Shown here piece by piece: positions 14,402 to 27,449 of a DNA stretch of 64,000 nt. Each line of letters opens with the position of its first letter. The first letter of the stretch is position 1. The DNA is from Squalus acanthias (Eukaryota). The DNA is taken from NCBI GenBank assembly GCA_030390025.1, contig CM059438.1, forward strand, positions 69,690,001 to 69,754,000, given 5' to 3'. A program made the position numbers and the translations under genes. The notes beneath the pieces were generated by a model. That model searched no databases. It had not been told where the DNA came from and worked only from the letters and a program-made list of their open reading frames with translations.

Positions 14402-14648
14402 ACAGGACGATCTGCAAACTTCCTCAAGATATAGAAAAACCCTTGCTGTGGTGCAGAAAGTCACTATTTTGCTTAATATTTTAGCACTGGCACATTCTGA
14501 GGGGCAACAGGTGATTTTAGCAATATCTCTCAGTATGTTGTTCATTCTTTCACAGGTCATTTATGCCTGTTAGCCAGGGCAGCACAGTTCATTATATTTG
14601 ACACAGGAGTAAGACAATTGGATGATTGGGCCATTAATCACTTGAATT

Positions 14649-17600
14649 AGGTCTTAAATTTAACTAAAGCCAATTATGTAGGTATGAGGGGCGAGTTGGC
14701 TTAGGTAGATTGGGAATTAAGATTAAAAGATATGGTAAATAAGCAATGGCAAACATTTAAAGAAATAAATCATAATTCTCAATGAATATACATTTTCTCG
14801 AGGAATAAAAACTCCACTGGAAAAGTGGCCCAACCATAGCTAACTACAGAAGTTAAGATGGTATTAGTTTAAAAGAGACTTAAAATGTTACTAAAAGGAG
14901 TAGTAAACTTGAGGATTGGGAAGGTTTTAAAAATCAGCAAAGGATGGCCAAGAAATTGATAAACAGGGAGAAAATAGAATGAGTAAACGGTCAAGAAATA
15001 TAAAATCAGATTAAAAGAGCTTCTACAAGTATGTAAAAAGGAAGGTATTAGCAAAAGTAAACATGGGTCCCTTAGAGGCAGAGACAGGAGAAATTATAAT
15101 GGGGAATAAGGAAATGTGAGGGACGTTAAACGAATATTTTGCATCTGTCATCACTGTAGCAGACACAAAGAACATATGGTAAACTAATGGGGAAGCAAGG
15201 GTCTAATGAGAGTGAGAAACTTAAAGTAATTAATATTAATTAAAAAAAACACTGGAGAAATTAATGAGACTAAAAGCCGATAAATCCCCTGGAGCTGGTG
15301 TCCTACATCCTAGGGTTTTAAAAGAGGTGGCTGCAGAGATAGTGGATGCATTGGTTTTGATCTTCCAGAATTCCCTAGATTCTAGAACAGTCCTCGTGGA
15401 TTGGAAGGTGGCAAATATAACCCCGCTGTTCAAGAAAGGAGGGAGAAAGAAAATAGGCCAGTTAGCCTGACATCAGCAGTAATGAAATTGCTAGAATCTA
15501 TTATCAGGGACGTGAAAACAGGGCACTTAGAAAATCATAATATGATTAGGCAGAGTCAACATGGTTTTATGAAAGGGAAATCGTGTTTGACAAATCTATT
15601 AGAGTTTTTTGAGGGTATAACTAGCAGGGTAGATTTTTTTTTAAATATTCGTTCCTGAGATGTGGGCGTCACTGGCAAGGGCAGAATTTATTGCCCATCC
15701 CTAATTGCCCTTGAGAAGGTGGTGGTGAGCCGCCTTCTTGAACCGCTGCAGGCCTTGTGGTGAAGATACTCCCACAGTGCTGTGAGGGAGTGATTCCAAG
15801 ATTTTGACCCAGCGACAATGAAGGAACGGTGATATATTTCCAAGTCAGGATGGTGTGTAACTTGGAGGGGAACTTGGAGGTGAATGTGTTCTCATGCGCC
15901 TGCTGCCCTTGTCTTTCTAGATAGCAGAGGTCACTGGTTTGGGAGGTGCTGTCGAAGAAGCCTTGGCGAGTTGCTGCAGTGCATCTCGTAGATGGTACAA
16001 ACTGCAGCCATAGTATGCCGGTGGTGGAGGGAGTGAATGTTTAAGGTGGTGGATGGGGTGCCAATCAAGCGGGCTGCTTTGTCCTGGATGGTGTCGAGCT
16101 TCTTGAGTGTTGTTGGAGCTGCACTCATCCAGGCAAGTGGAGAGTATTCCATCACACTCCTTACTTGTGCCTTGTAGATGGTGGAAAGGCTTTTGGGAGT
16201 CAGGAAGTGAGACACTCGCTGCAGAATACCTAGCCTCTGACCTGCTCTTGTAGCCACAGTATTTATGTGGCTGATCAGTTAAGTTTCTGGCCCCCAGGAT
16301 GTTGATGGTGGGGGATTCGGTGATGGTAATGCTGTTGAATGTCAAGGGGTGGTGGTTAGACTCTCTCTTGTTGGAGATAGTCATTGCCTGGCACTTGTCT
16401 GGCGTGAATATTACTTGCGATGTATCAGCCCCAAGCCTGAATGTTGTCCAGGTCTTGCTGCATGCGGGTATGGACTGCTTCATTATCTGGGGAGTTGTGA
16501 ATGGAACTGAACACTGTGCAATCATCAGCGTACATCCCCACTTCTGACCTTATGATGGAGGGAAGGTCATTGATGAAGCAGCTGAAGATGGCCTCGGACA
16601 CTGCCCTGAGGAAATCCTGCACTGATGTCCTGGGCTGAGATGATTGACCTCCAACAACCACAACCATCTTCCGTTGTGCTTGGTATGACTCCAGCCAGTG
16701 GAGTGTTACCCCCTGATTCCCATTGACTTCAATTTTACTAGGGCTCCTTCATGCCACACTAGGTCAAATGCTGCCTTGATGTCAAGGGCAGTCACTTTCA
16801 CCTCTCCTCTGGAGTTCAGCTCTTTTTTTTGGACCAAGGCTGTAATGAGGTCGGGAGCCGAGTGGTCTTGGCGGAAACCAAACTGGGCATCAGTGAGCAG
16901 GTTATTGGTGAGTAAGTGCTGCATGATAGCACTGTCGACGACACCTTCCATCACTTTGATGATGATTGAGAGTAAACCAATGGGGCGGTAATTGGCCAGA
17001 TTGGATTTGTCCTGCTTTTTGTGGACAGGACGTATCTGAGCAGTTTTCCACATTGTCGGGTAGATGCCAGTGTTGTAGCTGAACTGGAACAGCTTGGCTA
17101 GAGGTGTGGCTAGGTCTGGAGCACAAGTCTTCAGCATGACAGCCGGGATGTTGTCGGGGCCCATAGCCTTTGCTGTATTCAGTGCGCTCAGCTGTTTCTT
17201 GATATCACGTGGAGTGAATCGAATTGGCTGGAGACTGGCTGATGCGATGGTGGGGACATCAGGGGGAGGCCAACATAAATCATCCACTCAGCACTTATGG
17301 CTGACGATGGTTACAAACGCTTCAGCCTCGTCTTTTACACTCTCGTGCTGGGTTCCACCATCATTGAGGATGGGGATATTCATGGGGCCTCCTCCTCCCG
17401 TTAGTTGTTTAATTGTCCACCACCATTCACGACTGGATGTGGCAGCACTGCAGAGCTTTGATCTGATCCGTTGATTGTGGGATCGCTTGGCTTTGTCTAT
17501 AGCATGCTGCTTTCGCTGTTTAGCATGCATGTAGCCCTGTGTTGCAGCTTCCCCAGGTTGGCACCTCATTTTTAGGTATGCCTGGTGCTGCTCCTGGCAT

Positions 17601-19614
17601 GCTCTTCTGTGCTTCTCATTGAACCAGGGATAGTCCCCTGGCTTGATGGTGATAGTAGAGTGAGGGATATGCCAGGCCATGAGGTTACAGATTGTGGTGG
17701 AATACATTTCTGCTGCTGCTGATGGCCTACAGCACCTCATGGATGCCCAGTTTTGAGCTGCTAGATCTGTTCTGAATCTATCCCATTTAGCACGGTGATA
17801 GTGCCACACAACACGATGGAGGGTGTTCTCAGTGTGAAGATGGGTCTTCATCTCCACAAGGACTGTGCGGTGGTCACTGCTACCAATGCTGCCATGGACA
17901 GATGCATCTGAGACAGGTAGATTGGCGAGGACGAGGTCAAGTAGGTTTTTCCCTCATGTTGGTGTTCTCACCACCTGCCGCAGTCCCAATCTGGCAGCTA
18001 TGTCCTTCAGGACTCGGCCAGCTCGGTCAGTAGTGGTGCTACCGAGCCACTCTTGGTGATGGACATTGAAATCCCCCACCCACAGTAGGTTCTGTGCCCT
18101 TGCTACCCTCAGTGCTTCTTCCAAGTGGTATTCAACATGGCAGAGTACTGATTGATCAGCTGAGGGAGGGCGGTAGGTGGTAATCAGCAGGAGGTTTCCT
18201 TGCCCCTGCTTGACCTGAAGCCATGGGACTTCATGGGGTCAGGAGTCAATGTTGAGGACTCCCAAGGCCACTCCCTCCCAAACGTATACCAGTGTACCGC
18301 CACCTCTGGTAGGACAGGACATACCCAGGGATGGTGATGGAGGAGTCTGGGACATTGGCTGAAAGGTATGATTCTGTGAGTATGACTATGTCAGGCTTGA
18401 TGAGGGGAACCAGTGGATGTAGTATATTTGGATTTTCAGAAGGCATTCGATAAGGGGCTACACAAGAGGTTGTTCTACAAGATTACGGCTAATGGGATTG
18501 GGGTAATATATTAGAATGATTTGAGGACAGAAGACAGAGAGTAGGAATAAATGGGTCATTTTCAGGATGGCAGGGTGTGACTAGTGGAGTGCCGCAAGGA
18601 TCAGTGCTTGGGCCTAAGGCATTTACAATCGATATCAATGACTTCGATGAGGGAACCGATAGTAATATATCCAAGTTTGCTGATGATACAAAGCTAGGTG
18701 GGAAAGTAAGCTGTGAGGTGGACGCAAAGAGGCTGCAAAGGGATATAGACAGTAAAAGTGATTGGGCAAGAAGGTGGCAGATGGAGTATAGTGTGGGGAA
18801 ATGTGAAATTATCCACTTTGGTAGGAAGAATAGAAAAGCAGAATTTTTCTGAAGGTGAGAGACTATTAAATGTTGGTATTCAAAGGGATTTGTGTGTTCT
18901 TATACAAAAATCACAGAAAGTTGACATGCAGGTACAGCAAGCAATTAGGAAGGCAAATGGTATGTTAGCCTTTATTACAGGGGGGTTGGAGTATAAGAGT
19001 AAGGAAGTCTTGCTGCAATTATGTAGGCTTTGGTGAGACCACATCTGGAGTCCTGAGTACAGTTTTGCTCTCCTTACCTAAGGAAGGATATACTTGCCTT
19101 AGAAAGGGTGCAACAAAGGTTCACTAGATTGATTCCTGGGATGTAGGGCTGTCATATGAAGAGAGATTGAGTAGAATGGGCCTATATTCTCTGGAGTTTA
19201 GAAGAATGAGAGGTGATCTCATTGAAACGTATACAATTCTTAGAGGGCTTGACAGTGTAGATGCTGAGAGGCTGTTTCCCCTGGCTGGAGAGTCTAGAAT
19301 TAGGGGTCAGTCTCAGGATAAGGGGTCAGCCATTTAGGACTGAGATGAGGAGAAATCTCTTCACTCAGAGGGTGGTGAATCTTTTGACATTCCCTACCCC
19401 AGAGGGCTGTGGATACCCAGTCGATGAGTACATTCATGGTTGAGATCGATAGATTTTTGGGCACTAAGGGAATCAAGTGATATGGGGATAGGGTGGGAAA
19501 GTGGAGTTGATGTAGAAGATCAGCCATGATCTTATTGAATGGCGGTGCGGACTCGAAGGGCCATGTGGCCTACTCTTACTCCTGCTCCTCTTTCTTCTGT
19601 TTCATACATTCTTA
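14649..19614 (+). mobile_element. CR1 LINE (second subfamily) interrupted by a nested LINE
   Basis: KSPG..LHPRVLKE, SQHGFMKGKSCLTNL, then after the insert SGVPQGSVLGP and KFADDTKLG; candidate TSD TGAATT (14643-48, 19615-20). Confidence 0.88.
15635..18398 (-). mobile_element. Nested LINE of a different CR1/L2-group family with near-complete decayed ORF2
   Basis: APE endonuclease (PDIVILTESYL), RT (KAMGPDNIP, ANYRPIGLLS, QFGFRQDHSA, LDIKAAFD, YADD); A-rich 3' end at 15635. The host CR1 rejoins across GAT at 15632-34 and 18399-401. Confidence 0.88.
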
Positions 19615-20873
19615 TGAATTGCACCAGTGCTTAGAGCTATGACTCATGTCACCATTGGAGCCCATAACGTCAACCAAAAGAGATTTTGTTTTCTTAATAT
19701 CCAATTAATGTGTGACGACAGACACAGTTTTCTCCATGTCATTTCCCAGTGTGCAGGAAGCTGTCATGATTCATTCATTCATCCTTCAGCCCCTGCATTC
19801 TTTGAGAATTTAGATGAAAGTCTTGGCTGGCCTTTTGGTGACAAGGGGTATCTGAAGCTAACGTGGCTTCTAACACCAGTGAAGTGGTGGAATGCTACAA
19901 TGAGGTTAACATCTGTACCAGAATTAAAAATTGAACAGGCCATTGGCATGCTGAATGGAAGATTCAGGTGCCGAGATAGATGCAGGGACTCCAGTATGCT
20001 TCTAATGTTGCCTTGTGATGGCCTACTGTGTCCACCACTGTTTCAATCTTCAGAAAAGCCTGGAAATTGAGAATATAAAGGATATAAAGGTACATATAGT
20101 ATTGCCAGCTCTCGCAAATTAATCGCGAGACATACGATTTTTAATGAAAATGTGATGTTGTCACAAAGGAGGACTTTGGACTCTACCAGCCTTGCCATCT
20201 GTTGCACTTTTTCAAAGAGGCTTTGCAGTGCCTCCATATGCCTCCTCTGCTAGCAATTTTCTTTTCATGGCAGGATTCTTGAGACCTCTTCCGAAGGCTC
20301 TGTTGTGTGTCATGCAGCATCCAGTACCCACACTTCATCTGAACGATTCATGTTCCACCCCGAGTGACTGTATCAGGGAAGGTGAGTGTGAGTGGGTACA
20401 TGACATTGTGGGCAAGTTTCTGCTGGCTGTCAATTCTATTGAGAGCCCTGCCAATGGTTCATTTACCTTCTCTCTCTCTCTGTTCTTTGATTCCAGCTCA
20501 AATGGAGAGACAAAGATAGAGAAATGCATTGAGATTCCTGCTCACCACCATTTCCTTTCTGTTCTGCTCACAGATGGGTCTCCTCAGTGCATAAATTTCA
20601 GAAAATAGTTGAATTTTAGCACTTTCTTCATAAACTAACGATGGATGGAGGGTGTTCCATGTCTTTTTCCCCTATTACCTCATCTGAATGAGATCCGAGT
20701 ATCTCAGTTGCCTCTTCCTCCTCCTCCTCCTTCTCCTGCTGCTGGATTAATGGACAAAAGTTTGCTGTTTCTCCTTCTGTAACGCATCGCTCCCATGCAT
20801 TATGAGCAATTTTCTCCCGCATGAGTACAGATTGGATTTCATTTTCCAGCCCGAAAAACTATTGGAGAATTCA

Positions 20874-22585
20874 AAAGCAAAATACTGCAGATGTTGGAAA
20901 TCTGAAATAAAAACAGAAAATGCTGGGAGTACTCAGCAGGTCAAGCAGCATCTGTAGAGAGAGAGAAACAGAGTTAACGTTTCAGGTCAATGACCTTGCG
21001 TCAGAACTGGTAAAAGTTAGAGATGTAACAGATTTTAAGCAAGTGCAGGGGCAGGGAAAGCGGGAGGGGAAGGAAAGAACAAAAGGGAAGGTCTGTGATA
21101 GGGTGGAAGGCAGGAGTGATTAAATGACAAAAGGCACGATAGTATAAAGCAAAAGGAGATAGTACTGGGACAAGTAAAACAAAACTAAAGATGAGTCAAG
21201 AAGAGGTGTAAATGGGAATGGCAGAATCATCAACAGCTGCCATGTGAAAAAGTAGAAATTGTTGAACGATGTTGAGTCCAGAATGCTGCAAAGTGCCTAA
21301 TCAAAAGATGAGCTGCTGTTCCTCGAGCTTACGTTGAGCTTCATTGGAATACTAAGAGACCAAGGACGGAGAGGTCAGAGTGGGAGTGAAGCAGAGAATT
21401 AAAGTGACAGGCGACCGGAAGCTCGGGGTCACGCATACAGACTGAACTGAGGTGTTCCCCTATTCTTTCACCCAATCTGCGTTTGGTCTCCCCAGTGTAG
21501 AGGAGACTGCATCGTGAGCAGTGAATACAGTATACTAAACTGCAAGAAGTACAAGTAAATCGCTGTTCCACCTGGAAGGAATGTTTGGAGCCCTGGACAG
21601 TGGAAGGGAGGAGGTAAAAGGGCAGGTGTTGCATCTCCTGTGCTTACATGGGAAGGTGCCGTGAGAAGGGGAGGGTGTGTTGGGGTTGATTGAGGAGTGG
21701 ACCACGGTGTCGCGGAGGGGAGCGGTCCCTTCGGAATGCTGAAAGGGGAGGGGTGGGGAAGATTCTTTTGGTGGTGGGATCATGCTGAAGGTGGCAGAAA
21801 TTGCAGAGGATGATCCGTTGAATGTGAAGGCTGGTGGGGTGAAAGGTGAGGGCAAGGGGAACCCTATCATGGTTCTGGGAGAGAGGGGAAGGGGTGAGAG
21901 CAGAAGTGCGGGAAATGGAATGAACACGATCGAGGGCCCTGTCAACCACGGTAGAGGGGAATCCTCAGTTGAGGAAAATGGAAGACATATCGGAAGCACT
22001 AGTATAGAAGATGGCATCGTCAGAGCAGATGCGATGGACGGAGAAACTGGGAGAATGGAATAGAGTCCTTACAGGAAGCGGGCTGGGAGGAAGTGTAGTC
22101 CAGGTAGCTGTGGGAGTCAGTGAGCTTATAGTGGATGTTTGTCGATAGCCTATCCCCAGAAATGGAGACAGAGAAGTCGAGGAAGGGAAGGGAAGAGTCG
22201 GAGATAGACCATGTGAAGGTGAGGGAAGGGTGGAAATTGGAAGCAAAGTGAATGAAATTTTCTAGTTCAGGGCGAGAGCAGGAAACAGCACTGATACAGT
22301 GATCAGTGTACCAGAAAAAGAGATGAGGGAGGGGACCTGAATAGGACTGGAACAAAGAATGTTCCATGAAAAGGCAGGCATAGCTAGGACCCATGCGGAT
22401 TCCCATAGCAATACCTTTAATTTGGAGGAAGCAAGTGGAGTCAAAGGAGAAGTTGTTCAATGTGAGAACAAGTTCAGCCAGGCAGAGGAGGGTGGTGGTG
22501 GATCGGGACTAGTTGGGTCTCTGTTCAAGGAAGAAGCGGAGCGCCCTTAGGCCATCCTGGTTGGGATTGGACATCCATCGTGAAA
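20874..22585 (-). mobile_element. Penelope-like element (RT + GIY-YIG), 5'-truncated
   Basis: NNFSF...QIKGIAMGIRMGPSYACLFM (PLE RT) and LVYCIHCSRCSLLYTGETKRRLGERIGEH (GIY-YIG); 11-bp direct repeat TGGAGAATTCA at 20863-73 and 22586-96. Confidence 0.92.
20972..21008 (-). ncRNA. Degenerate minimal type I hammerhead ribozyme motif of the Penelope-like element
   Basis: AGUU-CUGACGC-A-AGGUC(AUU)GACCU-GAAACGUU-AACU: stems I and II intact, palindromic ACGU stem III, core A9 changed to C. Confidence 0.7.
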
Positions 22586-23659
22586 TGGAGAATTCATATC
22601 ACTTGTCAGATGGAGCTCCTATTCTACAAAGGGCATGCAATCATTACAGAATTCTCCTGTGATATAATGTATTTGTTCATTGTGAAGGAGTCTGTGCAGT
22701 TCATTGGGTTCACATGCTTATTCCCTTAAATTTGCTTCTGTACTTTTAGGGTTAATAATGGTCTTTAGTGTTTAGAAATAAAATGCAGCCTTTGCTGACT
22801 TTGTGAGGTCATTAAATTTCTTCCTGCACTGGGATTATGGAGTTACCACTCACTAACTTTGCCACCTCCTTCCACATGGTCCTGACTACTGATTGACAGG
22901 TCTCTTGCCACTCAATCCCACTATTCCATCCCTCCTGTGACTAATTTCTGTTCGAAGTTTGAAGCTGTCTTCTTACTGGCTCCTGTTGGAGCTATGTCTT
23001 CAGCTTGTTGCACGCTCATTCTGCTTCAAATACAGTCCAGTTTTAAATACAACAGCTGCACCTTTACTTTAAGAATATTGATTAAATCAGTTTGAACCTC
23101 GCTGCTTTGATTTGAGTACTTTCAAGATACTTTTCCTTGTGCCCAATATCTACACAGTTCCTATGAGTGGAGCCATAATATTACGTGCAAAATAACCAGT
23201 AAACAATAAACCCATTTACTCTCAATATGCACACTGGAAACAGTAACCATTCTGACTGATGGACAAATAGCACACTGGTTGCAATCTATGAACTGGGTTT
23301 ATTAAGAAGTAAAATTAAACAGAAAAGCAGATGCAGAAAATGTCATTAGATTACAGTAAAAGAACACTTGATTCATTTCTAATACTCTTGACCCATTTCA
23401 AAATAATTACAGTCTCAAATCTTTAATAGTTCCCCTAACTGGGAACACATGTCTACGAGGAGAAGCTTATACATTAAATCAGATGTTCATGGAATGATTC
23501 AACTAGTCCCTGCTCATTTAGCTGTTTGGCATGCGGAACCCCAATTTTTGCTTAGTCTAAACTGGAAGCTCAACATGGTTTTATTTTCACAATGAAATAC
23601 AGATTCCAATCACAAATAATCTCATTAACGATTGTGATTTTAATCTTTTGTATCTGGAA

Positions 23660-24000
23660 CTGAGCCTGCTGGCCAGGATGGTCCAACATTCGATCCCTGG
23701 CCTGTGTTGAGTTAGCTCATCTCGGCCAGTGAAGCATTTTGGATCCGACAATGTGCCTATGGACTAGGGAAGGGAACAATCAGCCGGGGTCACTTGTGAT
23801 CGCGAGCCAGTGATTTCTGCTGGTCAGTGCCAATGTGTGGATGTCTGGTAGGTACAGGATTGGGCTTGGCAATCAAAGAGTTCACCAATTATCGCTGGTT
23901 AGGCTCACACATGAAGAATGTGGACTTAGGAAAGAATCAGACTGGAGCCGGTGCGCGTAAATTCAAACCCTAGAATGAGCCTGCGTCTTTGAGAAAAGGG
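23660..24000 (+). mobile_element. Ancient SINE-like repeat (possibly UCON3-related); other copies at 39390-39640 plus 40099-40260 and 43680-43965
   Basis: The three copies share gatccct...gagttagNtNatctc, aatcagcNagggtt, atgtgtggatgt and ggacaggattgggct-like blocks. Family name from memory only. Confidence 0.55.
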
Positions 24001-24679
24001 AAAAAAATTCATTGATAATTTTTTTTAAACCTTTCCATCAGCAAGTGATTTTGAACTAGTGGAAGCTCTTGTCTAAAAGTTTAGTTCAGTGGAAGAATTA
24101 GGATCAATTAATGAATTGCATAGATTGCTGAGGTAATGAGTTAGTATCATTTTCTGCATTAAGAAACTCAGATTCAGAAGGGACTGGGTCGTCTACAGGT
24201 TTTAGCAAGCTGCATGTCTCTCAGAAGCTGTTTACTCTGCATGCACCAAACAGATTGTAACTGCTGAAAGGATCAAAACTCACTGCTGAAAAATAAATCT
24301 GAAATGCTATTGATTCTGACAATATCCAACTGAGACAGTGTACTGGCAATACTTCCAAAAGCAGGGGAGAATGGTTCCATGTTGGGAACACCAGATGGAA
24401 TTGTTTCAATTTTGTTTCTCTTGCTGCCCCTCATTTTGTTTCGATGATCAAAAAAAATGATGAAAATAATGTGATGGTACCAGTTTCAAAGGACGTCGTC
24501 GCCTTTGTAAAATAGTTTATAAGGTACTTAGCCATACTTGCATAGAATGGTAAGTTTTCTTGACAGGTTTGATAATCTTCTTAACACTCCTCATGTCTGG
24601 AAGTAGAAAGGATTTTTGTAATACTTTTATTAAAACTAAGATCATAGTGTGAATGTCAGCATGAAACATTTTACAACAA

Positions 24680-25378
24680 GTTACATCAAGTGTACAGCAC
24701 AGAAACAGGCCATTCAGCCCAACTGGCCTATGCCGGCATCTGTGCTCACCATGAGCCTCATCCCACCCTACTTCATCTAAGCCTATCAACGTGTCCTTCT
24801 ATTCCTTTCTCCCTCATGTGCTTATCTAGCTTCTCCTTAAATGCATCTATGTTATTTGTCTCAACTACTCCTTATGGTAGCGAGTTCCACATTCTAACCA
24901 CTCTCCGGGTAAAGAAGTTTCTCCGGAATTGCCTATTGGATTTATTAGTGACTATCTTATACTTATGACCTCTAGTTTGGACTCCCCCACAAGTGAAAAC
25001 ATTTTCTCTACGTCTACTCTATCAAACCCTTTCATTATCATAAAGACCTACTATAGGTCACCTTTCAGCCTTCTCTTTGCTAGAGAAAAGAATCCCAGCC
25101 TGTTCAGCCTTTCCTGATAAGTTATCCTCTCAGTTCTGGTATCATCCTTGTGAATTGTTTTTGCATCTTATCAATGCCTTTATATCCTTTTTATAATATG
25201 GAGACCAGAACTGTGAATAGTACTCCAAGTGTGATCTAACCAAGATTCTATACAAGTTTAACATTACATCTCTGCTCTTCAATTCTATCCCTGTAAAAAT
25301 GAACCCCAGCGCTTGGTTTGCCTTTTTAATGGCCTTATTTACCTGCATCGCTACTTTGTGGTTTGTGTAAATACACCC
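24680..25378 (-). mobile_element. CR1 3' fragment
   Basis: QVNKAIKKANQALGFI...LYRILVRSHLEY...FWSPYYKKDI with CR1 tail near 24690-24730. Confidence 0.85.
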
Positions 25379-25394
25379 ACAAAAAGGAATTAAC

Positions 25395-25870
25395 GACAAC
25401 AACAGCTTGCATTTATATAGCGCCTTCAATGTAGCAAAACGTCCCAAGGTGAACAAGTGCAATATCAATAAAAAAATTTGACGTCGAGCCACAGAAGGAG
25501 CTATCAAGACAAATGACCAAAAGCTTGGTCAAAGAGGTAGGTTTTAGGGCGTATCTTAAAGGAGGAGAGAGAGGTAGAGAGGCGGATAAGTTTAGGGAGG
25601 GAATTCCAGAGCTTAGGGCCGAGGAAGCGGAAGGCACGGCCGCCAATGGTGGAGCGATTAAAATCGGGATGCTTGAGATGCCAGAATTGGAGGAGCGCTG
25701 AGATCTCGAAGGCTTGTAGGGCTGGAGGAGGTTACAGAGATAGGGAGGGGCGAGGCCAAGGATGGGGAGCAAGTGTAGGTTAGCGAGCACAGGGGTAATG
25801 GTTGAACGGGACTTGGTGCGAGATAAGATACGGGCAGCAGAGTTTTGGAAGAGCATAAGTTTAAACAGCA
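25395..25870 (-). mobile_element. L2 LINE 3' fragment
   Basis: QNSAARILSRTKSRSTITPVLANLH...GLAPPYLCNLLQPYKPSRSQRSS; tail ggcgctatataaatgcaagctgttgttg. Confidence 0.85.
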
Positions 25871-26041
25871 CCAATGGACATCAAACCAAGCCACTGCTAT
25901 AGTATATTATTTCATTGAGTTCTAATATTAGATGACTGGATTATAGAAATAGCAATCCAGTTTATATATTCAGATGAATATAAACCTTAATTTACTTTTC
26001 ATGACTTATGATAGCACCTCAATCCAATAATTTATAATGCA

Positions 26042-26314
26042 GAGATGCCGGTGTTGGACTGGGGTGGACAAAAGTGAGAAGTCGCACAACACCAGGTTAT
26101 AGTCCAACAGCTTTATTTGCAATCACAAGCTTTCGGAGCGCTGCTCCTTTGTCAGGTGAAGTGAAGAAATACATATGGGCACAGCATAAATAGTCAAAGA
26201 ACAATGCCAGACGACTACAGTTAATCTTTCTAACTGCCCTTTATCACACCTCGGCAGAGAGACAATCACGGCAATTAAAGGTGTGGATGGTGTCCAACCA
26301 GGTCAGTCAGGAAG
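26042..26314 (-). mobile_element. 3' terminal fragment of a second Penelope-like family, with hammerhead motif at 26123-26159
   Basis: Reverse strand UCAC-CUGACAA-A-GGAGC(AGC)GCUCC-GAAAGCUU-GUGA; no coding sequence retained. Confidence 0.6.
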
Positions 26315-26423
26315 TAATTTATAGTTTATATTTATATACAATATAATACAATATAATACAATATAAATATTTATATACAATATAAATATATATTTATATT
26401 TATATACAATAATTTATAGTTTA
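26315..26423. repeat. AT-rich microsatellite (TATACAA/TATATT units)
   Basis: Bounded by a direct repeat taatttatagttta at both ends. Confidence 0.8.
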
Positions 26424-27449
26424 CCAAGTCAGATGGTACTCTCAAGTATTTCCTTTTTAATAAAGAATTTTGATAATGCAAGTTAGGTTAAGTCTTCAAT
26501 AGGGATTTGTTATCACTCAGATCTATTCCGAAGCAGCAATTACACTGTATTCTTATGCAAGATTGCAGTACTTGGGCAACAAATCGCATGGTATATGTAG
26601 AAATTTGCAAGATTTATTGGGATGTTGCCAAATTACTTCCCTTAAAACACACGACAGACCTGGACTTTAATAAAAAATCCCTCTTAAATAAAAGAATACT
26701 GCTAATGTGAAGGTTTTCCTGTATGCCGGAAGGACAAAACTCCAACATGGCTTTAGCCTCAATTACCACAGGAGACAGACAGAAACAAAGATTTTATAGA
26801 CTTATGCAAAAAATTGATATAGGGCTATATTATATTTTTTAACAGCAACTAAAATAATTGGAGTAATTTTTAAACACAGTTGCACTGTAAATTATTAGTA
26901 TGCTATCAAATTTAGCACCAATGGTAATGGCAAAAACAAAGTCATGCTCCAAGTCTAAAACAGCTACACTAATCTCCCTGACATTAGATGAAATTTGCTT
27001 GAAAAATCGACAATGACAAAAAGGTTTATATGGTCAGTGTTTAAGTATTGCATTTTATAATATTTGCTTCAGTTATTAAATATTTGGACAGGAGGCTGGC
27101 ATGCTGCAAGCTATCCATTGGAAGCTATTCCACCATGTTGAAGGCAGATGTCTATTGTATTATTGAAGGGAAAAGCTCTGAGACTTGAGTGACAGTGATT
27201 TGGAAGGTGTTACCTGGAGGCTAGGTTTCAAAACACACTCGGACATCAAAGGTTTGGTACTTATGACGTTGTTCTCTTCACCATGCACTCGTGTGGAGAT
27301 CCTGGTACCTGTTGTACACCTAAAGAGAGCTCAAACCCACACCTGTCAGCTGTCTAATGAGCAACCAGTGATTATTGTCCAGAGACAGGATGGAAGAAGG
27401 GTAGGAACATAGGAACAGGATGTTGCAGTAAATTTAGATGCTGTTGATC

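Larger units (their letters stand above)
13300..20000 (+). pseudogene. Fragmented Harbinger (HARBI1-like, DDE_Tnp_4) transposase gene; pieces at about 13400-13500, 14403-14648 and 19621-19990
   Basis: Pieces read RMHRPRKSF...RRLRFS...EEIYAFL | QDDLQ...QKVTILLN...GATGDFSNISQ...ARAAQFI | THVTIGA...NQKRFCFLNIQLMCD...GSCHDSFI...GDKGY...WLLTP...IEQAIGMLNGRFRC, in the expected order; stops and frameshifts present. Confidence 0.8.
20043..22990 (-). pseudogene. Fragmented Harbinger Myb/SANT-like accessory gene converging on the transposase
   Basis: 22789-22975 reverse reads EISHRRDGIVGLSGKRP / MWKEVAKLVSG / QCRKKFNDLTKSAK. The acidic stretch near 20710-20760 and helical segment near 20170-20240 are tentatively assigned. 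Confidence 0.65.

Noticed and set aside
19627..20070. Domesticated HARBI1 host gene
   Set aside because: Gene is split by LINEs and has deletions, including the first catalytic Asp motif; a transposon fossil.
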